Assembly (NCBI GenBank): GCA_030704615.1
Contig: CM060732.1
Location: 4,960,001 to 5,024,000, forward strand
DNA: 64,000 nucleotides
Origin: Takakia lepidozioides
Lineage: Eukaryota > Plantae > Bryophyta
Direction of reading: 5' to 3'
Part shown: piece by piece, positions 23,941 to 35,379 of the stretch
How positions within the stretch are numbered: the stretch's first letter is position 1
Layout: each line of letters opens with the position of its first letter
Position numbers and translations under genes: made by a program
The notes under the pieces: generated by a model
What the model was told of the DNA's origin: nothing
The model's database searches: none
The model's input: the letters and a program-made list of their open reading frames with translations, nothing else

Positions 23941-24941
23941 TGTACACAATTCGTATTGCAGCTTTTCCCGCCCCCTCCTGGTGTGTAAACTCCACGCTCC
24001 TTCTTGATGTCTGCAGCTCCCTGGCGAAGAGGTTGTCCTTGTACGCACATCTGAAACGTGTCACGTAGTCTTCTAATGTCTGTGTTCCATCCCATTTGAC
24101 ATACAAGCCGAACGAATCACTATGCATTACGACTTGCTCCTTCGCATTCATCATTACCTGCGTTTCCAACATGCATTGTCACGTAGGAGTTCACGGAATT
24201 CATCCCAGCAAAGCAAATCGGGGGAAGTACCTTGAATTACCTAGAACCACCAAGTCATGCGGTTGAGCCACACATCCACTGCAGGGTCGGAAACTTCGAG
24301 TGGAAAAGACCACATGGTCCTTATACTCTCCGATGCATTCCAGATCGACAGCCACCGTGTTTGCCATTTCCGATCCAATGTCAGGAGCAGGAAGAAGAGT
24401 GGCTATTGCTAGGAAGGAACTTCAGTGCATTGAAACCTCACCTTCTCTTTCGCCTCCACATATGCCGTTGAGAGGTGATGCAATTTCTCCAACTGCATGG
24501 TCGGCTGCATGGCCCGAGAATAGTGTTTTGCAATCTCGGGGATGAAGTCCTTTCCAAGTGTCGGATCTGCAATGGCCACCAGCTTCACAAGCTTTATTGG
24601 TTCTGGACTTGACCCCGGCTTCCTTCAAGTGCTCGGTCAATGACTGTAATGCGGTGCCGCATTTCCGAGCTTGGGCATGGAGATGTTTCCTTTTACTCAT
24701 ACATGGATTTCCTTCACCTCAGGACTTTGATATCGCTGACTCTGGTATATTCATGTGGACAGACACATTGTAGAAATGAGACCACAAATTGTAAATAGTG
24801 GGCCAATTACAGCAGTTCTTGAACACAATGAAACACAGCACACAGAAGTGAGGTACGATGGGTTGTTTTATTGATCGAACACGGTGTCTCACATTTAGCA
24901 ACTCCAGACAAATCTAAGCCCTTCCGCTTTCTACATGGGCG

Positions 24942-25520
24942 TCACCAAGTCGACGAAACTTCGATAGCCCTCAAAACAAGCTCATTACTGAACCGGCACC
25001 TCCAGGTAAACTGCACTGCGGTCGTTCTGGTGCCCTTGGTGGAGCTGACAACAATGTCATGCCCATCAATGATACCACCATCATACATTGACAAGGTCAC
25101 TGTGGGCCTCATGTGCCCGTGCGATTCGTCTTCGCAACTCAGCCGAATGTCTCCATACACTGGAAGAGCGGAGTGAACTCCACGAATATAGTTTTCCCCG
25201 GTGCCGTCCTCCCTGGTCCACTGGCAGCAGTTCCAGCGCCAAAGCGAGGCCGTGCGTGATCTGTCCGGCATCCCATTCCAGCTTGGTATATCGAGGTCAA
25301 CAATTTTCAGGACCCACGGACCGCATTGACCCTTGCCCTCACCTCACTCAAAGTGGTAATAGCCCTCCAAATACTCCATTGCGTGGAAAGATTCCCATTT
25401 GATTCCAGAAGCGTCAATGAAAACAGAGAGCCAGACAATGATGTCTCCTGATTTTGGTTTGAACATAGCATAATCGTGGCCATGATAAGGGCAGTCAACA
25501 GGATTGCGGCAGCACGACAT
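24942..25520 (-). pseudogene. unknown ~192-codon protein, paralogue A of a head-to-head pair; one in-frame TGA (25344-25346)
   Basis: MSCCRNPVDCPYHGHDYAMF..SGDIIVW...WNCCQWT...YGDIR...GHDIVV...QFTWR...ELVLRAIEV aligns end-to-end with 26077-26640. Confidence 0.7.
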
Positions 25521-26076
25521 CCTTGAAAAAGATTAGCGGAGTACGCTCAATGACAGCAGCTCCTGGATGGAGGAGGCAGCAGCGCGGTGGCTGGAAGAAG
25601 TTCAAGCAAACGCTGCAATTCCTCACTAACACTCCAGGGCACATTTAAATTTTCCCCCTACAAGAACCTGCACGGATGAAGATTGGCTACTCCATGAATG
25701 TAGCCGTTTCAGTTTCCTTCCATGCCATGCAAACTATGGGCAGTAAGTGCCAGGTGGTCCTATAGCCACTCGAGACGACGAAGTCCATCCCCCCTTCGAT
25801 GTAAATGCGGCGCCGAATTTCCATTCGGGGGATGGACTTCGGTGGCAGATTTCAAACTATACCCCGTGGATGAGAAAGAGGTATCGGTTCATCCACCGCT
25901 GGCATGATGAACACGTTACACGATGATTGGTGGGTACGTGGGACCCAGATGCTCCATTATTGGAGCCCGCACTGCTCTTCCGCTTCTCATCATTTCGAAA
26001 ATCTAAGGGCTTCGTTACTATCCGCAAGGTCATTGTCATCGGCATCAAAGACGTCCTCAGGTCCTCCTTTGTAAGG

Positions 26077-26640
26077 ATGTCGTGCTTCCGGAACCGGGAC
26101 GACCGCCCTTATGGAGGCTTCGATTATGCAATGTATTCGGCCACATCGGGAGACATCGTTATCTGGTACACAGTTTACACAGAAGATACTGGTTCGAATG
26201 TGGAAACATTGTCCGTTTTTTAGTATATCCCAGGCCACTACGCCTTTGAGCGGGGTGACGATCTTGGTCTGAGGAGTCCGTGGCTCCTGCGCATCCTTGA
26301 TTCCGATTTTCCCAGCTACGATGGGCACCCATGTAGAAGAATGCGCACTGCTATGCTGTTGCAGTGGAACTGTTGCCAGTGGACGTGGGTGGACTCCATC
26401 GAAGAGACGTATACTCCTGAAGGAGTGCGCTCCTCTTCTCCATTGTATGGGGACATTCGCATTGGTGTGGACGACAAAAACGTGAAGCTTTCCATATTCA
26501 ATGGTGGTATGATTGAAGGACACGACATTGTGGTGAACATTAACAGGGGCGGTACAACGGTTGCAATCCAGTTTACTTGGAGGAGCCCGATGACTCATGA
26601 GCTAGTTTTCAGAGCAGTCGAAGTTCCATTGACAACGTGA
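26077..26640 (+). pseudogene. unknown ~187-codon protein, paralogue B; one in-frame TAG (26221-26223)
   Basis: MSCFRNRDDRPYGGFDYAMY..SGDIVIW...WNCCQWT...YGDIR...GHDIVV...QFTWR...ELVFRAVEV. Confidence 0.7.
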
Positions 26641-28576
26641 CTTGTATTCAGAAGGCACAGGGCTAAAGATTTGTTTGCACCTCCAATTCTTAGGTGATTG
26701 AGTTCAATCCACCCCTCCGGAAGGGCAAACTCCCTTTTAATCTCCAAATTCTGGCTTAAAAAAAGTCAATCTATATCAAAGTCCCTAGGACTATTTATCC
26801 ACAATTATCAATTCAAAGAAATGGCCAAAAACTAATAGAAAATAAGTAAATCATAAAACATACCCCTCAATAGAGAATCCTCTCTAGATCCCAAAGAACC
26901 TGAAATTACTTGCAGGGGGGCCAGGGAACACCTTGGGAACCAACCTTTTAAGTGGGAACTCCGGGGAACCGCTCCCAGGCATGGGGAACAGGCACAGGGA
27001 ACAGCCGCCCATGATGGATGGATGAAATGCAAGGCCTGCCGTTCATCCGTCGCTCAAAAACATTCATCCGTTGCTTGAAACATGCTAAGTGAAAATTATA
27101 TAATACTTCAATTGGTGGGACCAGCCTATTCCCTCTCTAGGTACCCTTAGATATCATTAAATAATGGAAGAAGTGCGCTTTCCCTATCTAGAATGAGTCA
27201 TCCTCTTCCTCTTACCACTCACTATTCCCTACTGTTAGTCTTAAAACAAGGGTAGAGTATTTTGCATCCAAACTTTCCCTCTCGCTGTCTCGGCGTATAG
27301 CTCGGAGCTCGGGACTCCCCTAGAGCTGAGCCCCGGCTTAGCTGAAAGGCCTCCCTTGAGGCAACCTCCTACCAAAATCTAAGATTTTTGCTATCCATCA
27401 AACACTAGATATAAAGAAAATCAACACAAGAGGGTTCACCAAATATTCATTAGTTGAATGGTTCAAAAAAACCCCTTAAGGCAACCGCGGGGGCCGTCCG
27501 CTGGGTAAAAGCGCCCCCTGCCACGTGGCAAGGCGCAAGCAGGCGTGGCCCACGGCAGTCGCCTACCCCGCGGTCCTTGTAGCGGTCTCAGCTGGCGACC
27601 AGCGGTCCGCCACCTAACCCGGGTGTCCAACGGTCCCTGGCACAAACCCTCTCAGCTCGCACGCGTGCTGTTGCCCCGCGTTACAGCGAAAGAGGGGAAG
27701 TTAGAGTGGGAGGGTCTGAGCATGCTGTTGTTTCGTTCTTCCATCCATTTCGATGTGGTCCCTTCTGTGTTGTGACAAATAGTCTGCCCGTTGTGTCTGT
27801 CTGTGTCCGTGGGCGTCTGTGAAGAAAAGGGGAGTTTACCTCAATTTGATTAGAGTGTCGTCAAACATTCATGATAGGGTGTGGTGCACTTAACGTACTG
27901 TTTTTAGGGTTTCGAAGTTAGGCAGAAAACGTCCCTGAACTTGTTTCCAGTCTGTGACATGGGTGAGGACCTTAAGGATGATCTCAAGGGCCTACCTACC
28001 CTTGGCACTAGAGTGAAATTGAAACTCGGGGCGGGAAGCCTACCGTTGAACAATAGACAGATGCAGAGAGGAAGAGGAGATTGTAATTTGCCGATGTGTG
28101 GGCAACCTGAAGGCAATTATATTGTTATATGATACATTGTTCGGGATATTCTCACCAGAGAGTGACCCTCTTCAGGACAATCAAGAACTTTGTCTTGGCA
28201 CCTCTGTTCACTGGTCAACTTTCAAAATCTTGAGGCGGAGCCTAAAGCCCTGGCCCTGTTGGGGTCCAACTTTTGGGCTGCTCGCACACAGCAGATTGAT
28301 GCTGGTGTGAAGGGCTATCTAGAGGATATCTGGAAAGCCCGAACTAATTGTTATATCAAGGTAAGTCACACTACTGGAGTGAGCCCCTCACAAAGGTAGT
28401 GCCTATCCCCTATGTTTCTGTCCAAACTGTGCGTGGGGGTTATGGTCACGAGGCTTATGAAGTTCCGGTCTGCTGTTCACTTGTATTCTTCTACCCTCCC
28501 TTACAGTTCAGCATTGCAGTGCCATGGGCATCATAGGATTGTGTGCCATACTGAAGGGGTTGGGTGTGGGATGCAG

Positions 28577-28667
28577 CATCTATGGAGTGCACGACGAGGC
28601 TAAAGACAAGGCATTTGAGCTAGAAATGAGCCGATTCTGTGATGAGTCCAAGCGTCTGCATGAGCGG
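28577..28667 (+). pseudogene. isolated exon of 20S proteasome alpha-7 subunit (PAG1/PSMA3-like)
   Basis: cag|IYGVHDEAKDKAFELEMSRFCDESKRLHER|gt matches the conserved alpha-7 segment; no other exons recognised. Confidence 0.75.
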
Positions 28668-29812
28668 GTCTGTAGTTTACCTTCAAAAGCTCTCTTTCGT
28701 ATTTTCTCCCTCTTGGCCTCACAAGTTTTTTTCTCCCTCTTGGGTTCATGGTCAGTCAAATCCTCCATGGGTCATGACACAAGGTCAAGGACAATGTGGT
28801 GAGGGCATCCACTTCTTCGACCTATTTCAGCCTGTTTTACCCTTTCATCAGACTCGGCCTTGAATTTGCATATTGAATTCTGTAAGTTGTTAGCTCGCTG
28901 GGTGGATCTGTGGTGGTTGGAGCAGGCCGTGTTTCAATCTCAGCCCGCTCAGCTGCACCGTGGTGGTTCTCACATACCAATCCGACATTACCTGACTACA
29001 AACACAAGCAGCACACACAAGAGGTCCTCTTGGGTTCTTGGTCAGTCAAATCCTCCATGGGTCATGACACAAGGTCAATGACAATGTGGTGAGGGCACCT
29101 TCTTCTTCGACCTATTTCAGCCTGTTTGCCCTCTCATTAGACTCGGCCTGAATTTGCATATTGAATTCTGTAAGTTAGCTCGTTGGGTGGATCTATGCTG
29201 GTTTGGAGTGACTTTGACAAGTTGCTGCCGATGTGGCAGCTCAGGAAAGTACCCAAAAACAAATAAGAGAGATGAAGAAAAGCTTTGGAATGAACACTTT
29301 TCCGGCTCCTTCTGGGCTTGACACAGAGTTCTATGGAAAAATGTGCATGATACCTGTTCATTAATTGAATAGTTGGTTACTTCAAAAGCATAGCAATGAA
29401 TCTAATAATTTGTTTGGCACAACATGTAGGGTGACTCCTTGGGTCATGCCGTGGTGGAGTATGAAGCAGCCGCTCGCATTTTCAGGTGTGAACATTCTAG
29501 CACTCTTTTGGTATGTCGGTTATGTTTATCTATGGGTATGTATGGCAGTACAGCAATGCCTGACCCCATGAAGGCTTGTGACACTGCCCGCTAGTATCAT
29601 TAAGGAGAGTACTGTTGTGCCCCCGTCTAAAAAGCCTAGTTTCATAGGGTTGCTTATACATAGTATTTCTTCTTTACAGCTACACAGGTTGTGACAACCA
29701 GGGATGGTAACCACCTCCCTTGGGCCCTTTATCCTAAATTTTCTGCAAGTTAGCTGGTTGAGTGAATCATGTTTGGAGTGACTTTGACATGATACTGCCA
29801 ATGTAACAACAG

Positions 29813-30240
29813 GAAAGTATCCAAAAACACGTGACAAAGATGAGGAGAAGCTGTGGAATGAGTATCTGACCCCAGTCAATGGTGGGACAACCGAGGCAAA
29901 AAGGTGAATGCCTATTAGATTACAGAGAGTAGCAGACGCAATTCAGCATAGGAACTGTGGATAAGCTGAGTTGGATGTTTCCTAGAACAAATCTAGGCTG
30001 TCATCATCAACTGCAAGGCAAGGATGTATGTATGCAGGTTTGTGCAGAGGTGCCAGTGATAGCTGAAGGAGCAGGGATAGAGTGTGGGTCCAGATTTATC
30101 CAAGAGGGCCAGATTTCAAGCACAAGTTTACCTATGATTCCCTGTGGATCAATAGCTACAAGAAACCTGCATGGGTAGACGGTCAACTAAAGGCAATTGC
30201 TGCAGCGGCACAGTTGATAAAATCAGGCACCTCAACCATG
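29813..30240 (+). pseudogene. two exons encoding an OSB-type PDF ssDNA-binding motif (N-terminus of the PPR gene family)
   Basis: EKLWNEY..DPSQWWDNRGKK | GT-AG intron 29904-30093 | IYPRGPDFKHKFTYDSLWINSYKKPAWVDGQL. Confidence 0.75.
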
Positions 30241-31095
30241 ATCACACATGTGGCACAGATCTCATGTAGTACTTACAGTTGCGCACTCCTATTCACTTGT
30301 TGTTGATCTGCTTATACATATGTGCATTCATGTGCAGGACATGCGATCTTGATATCTTGTAAGGAGGACGCAGAAGGTCTTGGGGCTGAAGGAGGCATGC
30401 TATGGACAATCAGGGAGGAGGAAGGTGTTCGGTCTGTCACATGTTTGGATCCATATATGTGCAGTGGGTAGTTGGGTAGTTGGGCTACCGTTGAGAGATT
30501 AGATTCTTGAAAACACTTCACTTTTTTGTTGATCTGGAGGCACTGCACAGATTTGAAACATGGAACCATTGTCTTCCTATCATATTTTACATCAATCGTT
30601 GAATTTCTTTTTAATCAATTGGCTCGTGACATCGTGTATTTGTGCAAAATAATATATTCTCCATATTATAAGTTACATATAAACGGTATTATATTTGAAT
30701 ACATATAAACATAATAAATTCAGTAAACATACAACACAAATTAAACCAATGTCCCCTGTTCTTTGAAAAATAAAATAAAAATAAAAATAAAAATAAAACA
30801 AATGCATCCATCCACTTGTCGCGTGGCATGCATGCGAGATAGGGTCGTCCCTACACATGTCATCATCTGAAATTGACACGTAGCAATCCGGGGAGAGTCG
30901 TGTGTTGCTAGAAAACAGTCACTGACGTGACCAAAAATAGGGTCATGTATCTTGCTCACTGGGGATGTCACCCAGAGTCATATTCACGACACGGATATTA
31001 GAGTCATCGTAACGACACGGTCTGCATGACTCTTTGCAAAAGAGTAAAAAATGAATCAAAATGATCAAAAGAGTCATGAAAACAGTAAAAAAAAG

Positions 31096-32345
31096 TGTCT
31101 AAGCCCAACCACATCACGTTTGTGTGCATTTGCAAATTCATATGCAAGCCTGGCAGCTCTGGAAAAGGGCAAAGAGGTGCATGGTTGCATCACCAAAGAA
31201 TTGTACCAGATGTGATTATGAACAATACCCTCGTGGACATATATGCCAAATGTGGGAGCATTGAGGATGCGGTGGGAGTGTTCAAAAATATGGCTGAACG
31301 AGATTTGGTGTCATGGAACGCGATGCTTGCAGGATCTGCACAGCAGGGCGCAGGACGGAGGCCTTGGAAACCTATGAGCAAATGATGGGGGAAGGGGTGA
31401 AGTGCCACCGCATCACGTTTGTGTGCGTTTGTAATGCTTGTGCAAGCCTGGTAGCCCTGGAAAATGGCAAAGAGGTCCATGGTGACAATCATCAAAGCTG
31501 GAATTGTACCACATGTCATTATGGACACTGCCCTGATGGACATGTATGCGAAATGTGGGTGCATTGAGGATACAAAGGGAGTATTTGACAATATGGCTGA
31601 ACGAAATGTGGTGTCATGGAATGCGATGATTGCAGGATATGCTCAGCATGGTTGTCATACGGAGGTCCTGCAACTATTTGAAGGAATGGAAAAGAACAGC
31701 TTGAAGCCGGACAGTATCACCTCTATATGTGTTCTCTCTGCATGCAACCACATTGGCCTACTCAATGAAGGAAGACGCTACTTCGATTCCCTGAGTCAAG
31801 ATCATGGTGTCACTCCGACAGTAAAGCACTTTGGCTGCATGGTGGACCTTCTTGGACGTGCGGGACAACTGGATGAGGCAGTGGACCTGATTAATAAAAT
31901 GCCAATCAATCCAGATGTTGTGGTGTGGAAGGCCTTGCTTGGTGCCTACAGAATCCATGGCAATGTGGAGATGGCTGAATGTGCGGCAACATCTATCCTC
32001 AAGTGGGATGAACACGATGCAATATGTATTGCTATCAAACATCTATGTTGCAGCTGGCAGGTGGGATGATACTACAAAGGTGATAAGAATGATGAAGGTC
32101 AGAGGGGTTAGAAAGGAGCCACGTCGCTGCTGCATTGAGGTTGGCAACAGGATGCACACGTTTGTCGTAGATGACAAGTTGCATCCCAGAATTAAGGAAA
32201 TCCATGCTGAACTGAGAAGATTGTCTGGGCAGATGAAAGAGGCAGGGTATGTTCCTGACACGCGCTTTGTATTGCATGATGTGGGGGAGGAGGAAAATGA
32301 ATTTTCTCTTTGCCACCACAGTGAGAAGCTGGCCATTGGTTTTCA
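31096..32345 (+). pseudogene. PLS-PPR + E/E+ + partial DYW deaminase (RNA-editing factor) pseudogene
   Basis: P/L/S motifs, HFGCMVDLLGRAGQLDEA, YVLLSNIY..AGRW, PG-box-like KEPRRCCIEV, GYVPDT, HHSEKLAIGF, then truncated. Confidence 0.92.
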
Positions 32346-32816
32346 CAGACCAATCCAGGATCACCAGACTATAGACATAAGCAGCACACGCATGAGGTCC
32401 TTTGGATTGAGAGTTGGTTGAATCCTCCTTGGGTGGAAGAAAAGCTAGCTGCTTTCATGAGACAAGATCAAGGACAACTGGTGCGGGCACTTTCTTCTTC
32501 AACCATTTAGTCTTGTTTTGTCCTCTTATCACATTCATTCCCAATTTTTCACTTTGTGTTTTTAAGTTACCTCGTTGGGTGAATCTATGGTGGTTTGGAT
32601 TTTTTGCACATGTTACTGCCAATGGGATAATAGACGCATTGAAAAAACTTTCTCACAAATTGTCAGCAATGCAGCACCAAAACTAGTGTGTGGTAAGTAT
32701 GGTCAGGGTGTTTGCTAGATAAATTTTAGGTTATCATTGTCAGCTCTTAGCAGCAGGGCCATACTGTTGCCTAGGCAGGGTTAGCTGAAAGAGGCAGGGA
32801 TGAAGTGTGGGTGCAG

Positions 32817-34795
32817 ATCCATCCGAGAGGTCCTGATTTCAAGCACCAGAGTGCATATGACCACTGAGGATTGACAGCTACAAAAAACCTGCAAGGGTAG
32901 ATGGTCATCTTGAAGAGGCAATGGCAGCACAATTGATAAAATCAGGCACCTCCACAATGATCTCCACTTCCAAAAGAGGACCCTGGGAAGAAGTTCTCAA
33001 GATTTCTTCTGGCGCTTCTGAACTTGTGAGGACACTGTATGAGGCACACTGAAAGAGGCTCTAAATTTTTGAACCATGGAGGCATTTTCACAGAGTCAGA
33101 TAATGAAGGCACCTTCATCAACACATTTCATCCTGTTTTTCCCTATTATCAGAATTGGCCCTAAATTATCGTGTTGAATTCTGCAAGTTAGCTGGTTGAG
33201 TGAACTTTGATAGTTTGAAGTGACTGACATGATACTGCCAATGTGACAACAGAAAAGTATCCAGAAATAGGTAACAGAGACGTGGAGAAGTTGTGGAATG
33301 AAAACTTTCCTGACCCCAGTTAATGGTGGGACAATCGAGGCAAAAAGGTGAATGTCTGTTGGATTACAGAGAGTAGCAGATGCAATTGAGCATATGAACT
33401 AGTGTGATAAGTTGAGTTGGGTGTTTCCTAGAACTTCAAGCTCCAGATTACTTATGATTCCCTGTGGATCAATAGCTACAAGAAACCTGCATGGGTAGAT
33501 GGTCACCTAAAGGCAGCAGCTGCAACGGCACCTTTGCTAAAATCAGGCACCTCAACCTTGACCACAACTTCTGAAAGAGGATCAAGAGAGGGAGTCCACA
33601 ATCCCTCTTCTGGCACTTTTGGGCATGTGAAGATGTTTTGTGCGGCAGGCAGTCTGACAGAGGCTCTACAGAATTTAAACCAAGGAGGCATTTCAGAACG
33701 TATGTCTGTCTCTTGTTTAAGTGCATCGAGATGGAAGGTCTGGAAGCTGGAAAGCAGATGCACACTCACATTATCCAAAGTGGGATTCCCGCCAAATGTT
33801 TTTCTACTCAACACCCTTGTCAACATGTATGTTAAGTGCAGGAGCATCATGGATGCTCACCAAGTGTTAACAGAAGGGCTCAACCATCTTTGATCACGTG
33901 GAACACGATGCTTGCAGGGTATGTACAACAAGGGCGTGGTATGGAGGCCTTGGAGACCTATGATCAAATGATGGGGGAAGGGGTGAAGCCCGACCACATC
34001 ACGTTTCTGTGCATTTGCAATGCGTGTGCAAGCCTGGCAGCTCTGGAAAATGGTGAAGATGTGCATGGCGATCAAATCTGGAATTATACCAGATGTCATT
34101 TTGAACACTACCCTGGTGGAAATGTTTGTCAAATGTGCGTGCATCGAGGATCCAAAGGGAGTGCTCGACAGTATTGGCTGAACGAGATGTGGTGTCGTGG
34201 AGTGCGATGATTGCAGGATATGCACAACAAGGGTGTTTGATGGAGGCTTTGGGGACCTATGAGCAAATGATGTGCGAAGGGGTGAAGCCCAACCACATCA
34301 CATTTTTTTTGTTTGCAATGCGTGTGCAAGCCTGGGAGCTCTGGAAAAGGGGAAAGAGGTCCATGGTGACATTGTCAAAGCTGGAATTGTACCAGATGTC
34401 ATCCTGAACCCTGCCCTGGTGGACATGGATGCAAAATGTGGGTGCATTAAGGATGCAAAGGGGTGAAGCCCAACCACATCACATTTGTTTTTGTTTGCAA
34501 TGCGTGTGCAAGCCTGGGAGCTTTGGAAAAGGGGGAAGAGGTCCATGGTGTGAAGACAATGTCTGCCACCACATTTTCGTGCGCGGGATTGGAGTTACCA
34601 CCTGCCTGGGCGCTTGTTGCTCAAAGCTGGAATTGTACCAGATGTCATCCTGAACACTGCCCTGGTGGACATGGATGCAAAATGTGGGTGCATTAAGGAT
34701 GTGAAGGGAGTTTTCAACACTATGGCTGACCGAGATGTGGTGTTGTGGAACGCGATGCTTGCAGGGTATGCACAGCAGGGGCGCGGGATGGAGGT
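32817..34795 (+). pseudogene. PDF-motif + PLS-PPR pseudogene pieces
   Basis: PDF second half at 32817-32910; WWDNRGKK exon at 33255-33347; FKLQITYDSLWINSYKKPAWVDGHL continues in frame through a linker, then (two frameshifts) into PPR motifs (33435-33870); further PLS repeats with local duplications. Confidence 0.8.
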
Positions 34796-35379
34796 CTGCT
34801 TCTGTAAGGTACTTCTTTGTGATGCAGTGCAAAGCTTGTAGATAGATGAAGGACACTTGGTCAAAGGCACAATGCAGACAACCTCTTGTGGCAATTCGTA
34901 TAGCCTAGCGCAAATCTGTGAGAGCTCCAAAAGTAGGTTGCATTCTTTCTGGCTGTTGTTCCTGAAGTACTGTCACTCGTGTTTTAGGTTGAGGCTGTAA
35001 GGCTGCACCATACTGAGGCTGCCAAAACTCTGTTGCTACTTCCGTGTGTGCGGGATGAAGGTGTACATGACCAATAGGACTGCAGGTGTTTGTCTTTGTA
35101 TTATTTTTCAAATGAGTGATGGTGGGGTGTTGTGCAGTGTGTTTACTCCTCTTCTCATATGAGCTTCACCGTCGGCTGCACTCAAGTGACGACTCTTCTC
35201 ACATCTCAGTCGTGCACGGTCTTCTCCTCAGACCCACTCCTCAACTTTATCTGCTTCCCTACAAATTGAGTGCTTAATGTTGCATTTTTGTCAACAGTGC
35301 TGCAGATCCAGGGGCAGTGAATACTGACATTTTGCGGGAAGTACCTGTTTGGCTTGCAAAGCTGAGCAATGTGCTTCTC

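Noticed and set aside
15149-26223. in-frame stops repaired by RNA editing or readthrough
   Set aside because: These are nuclear TE genes. The stops (TAA, TGA, TAG at probable Q/W/R codons) fit ordinary C-to-T decay of methylated DNA.
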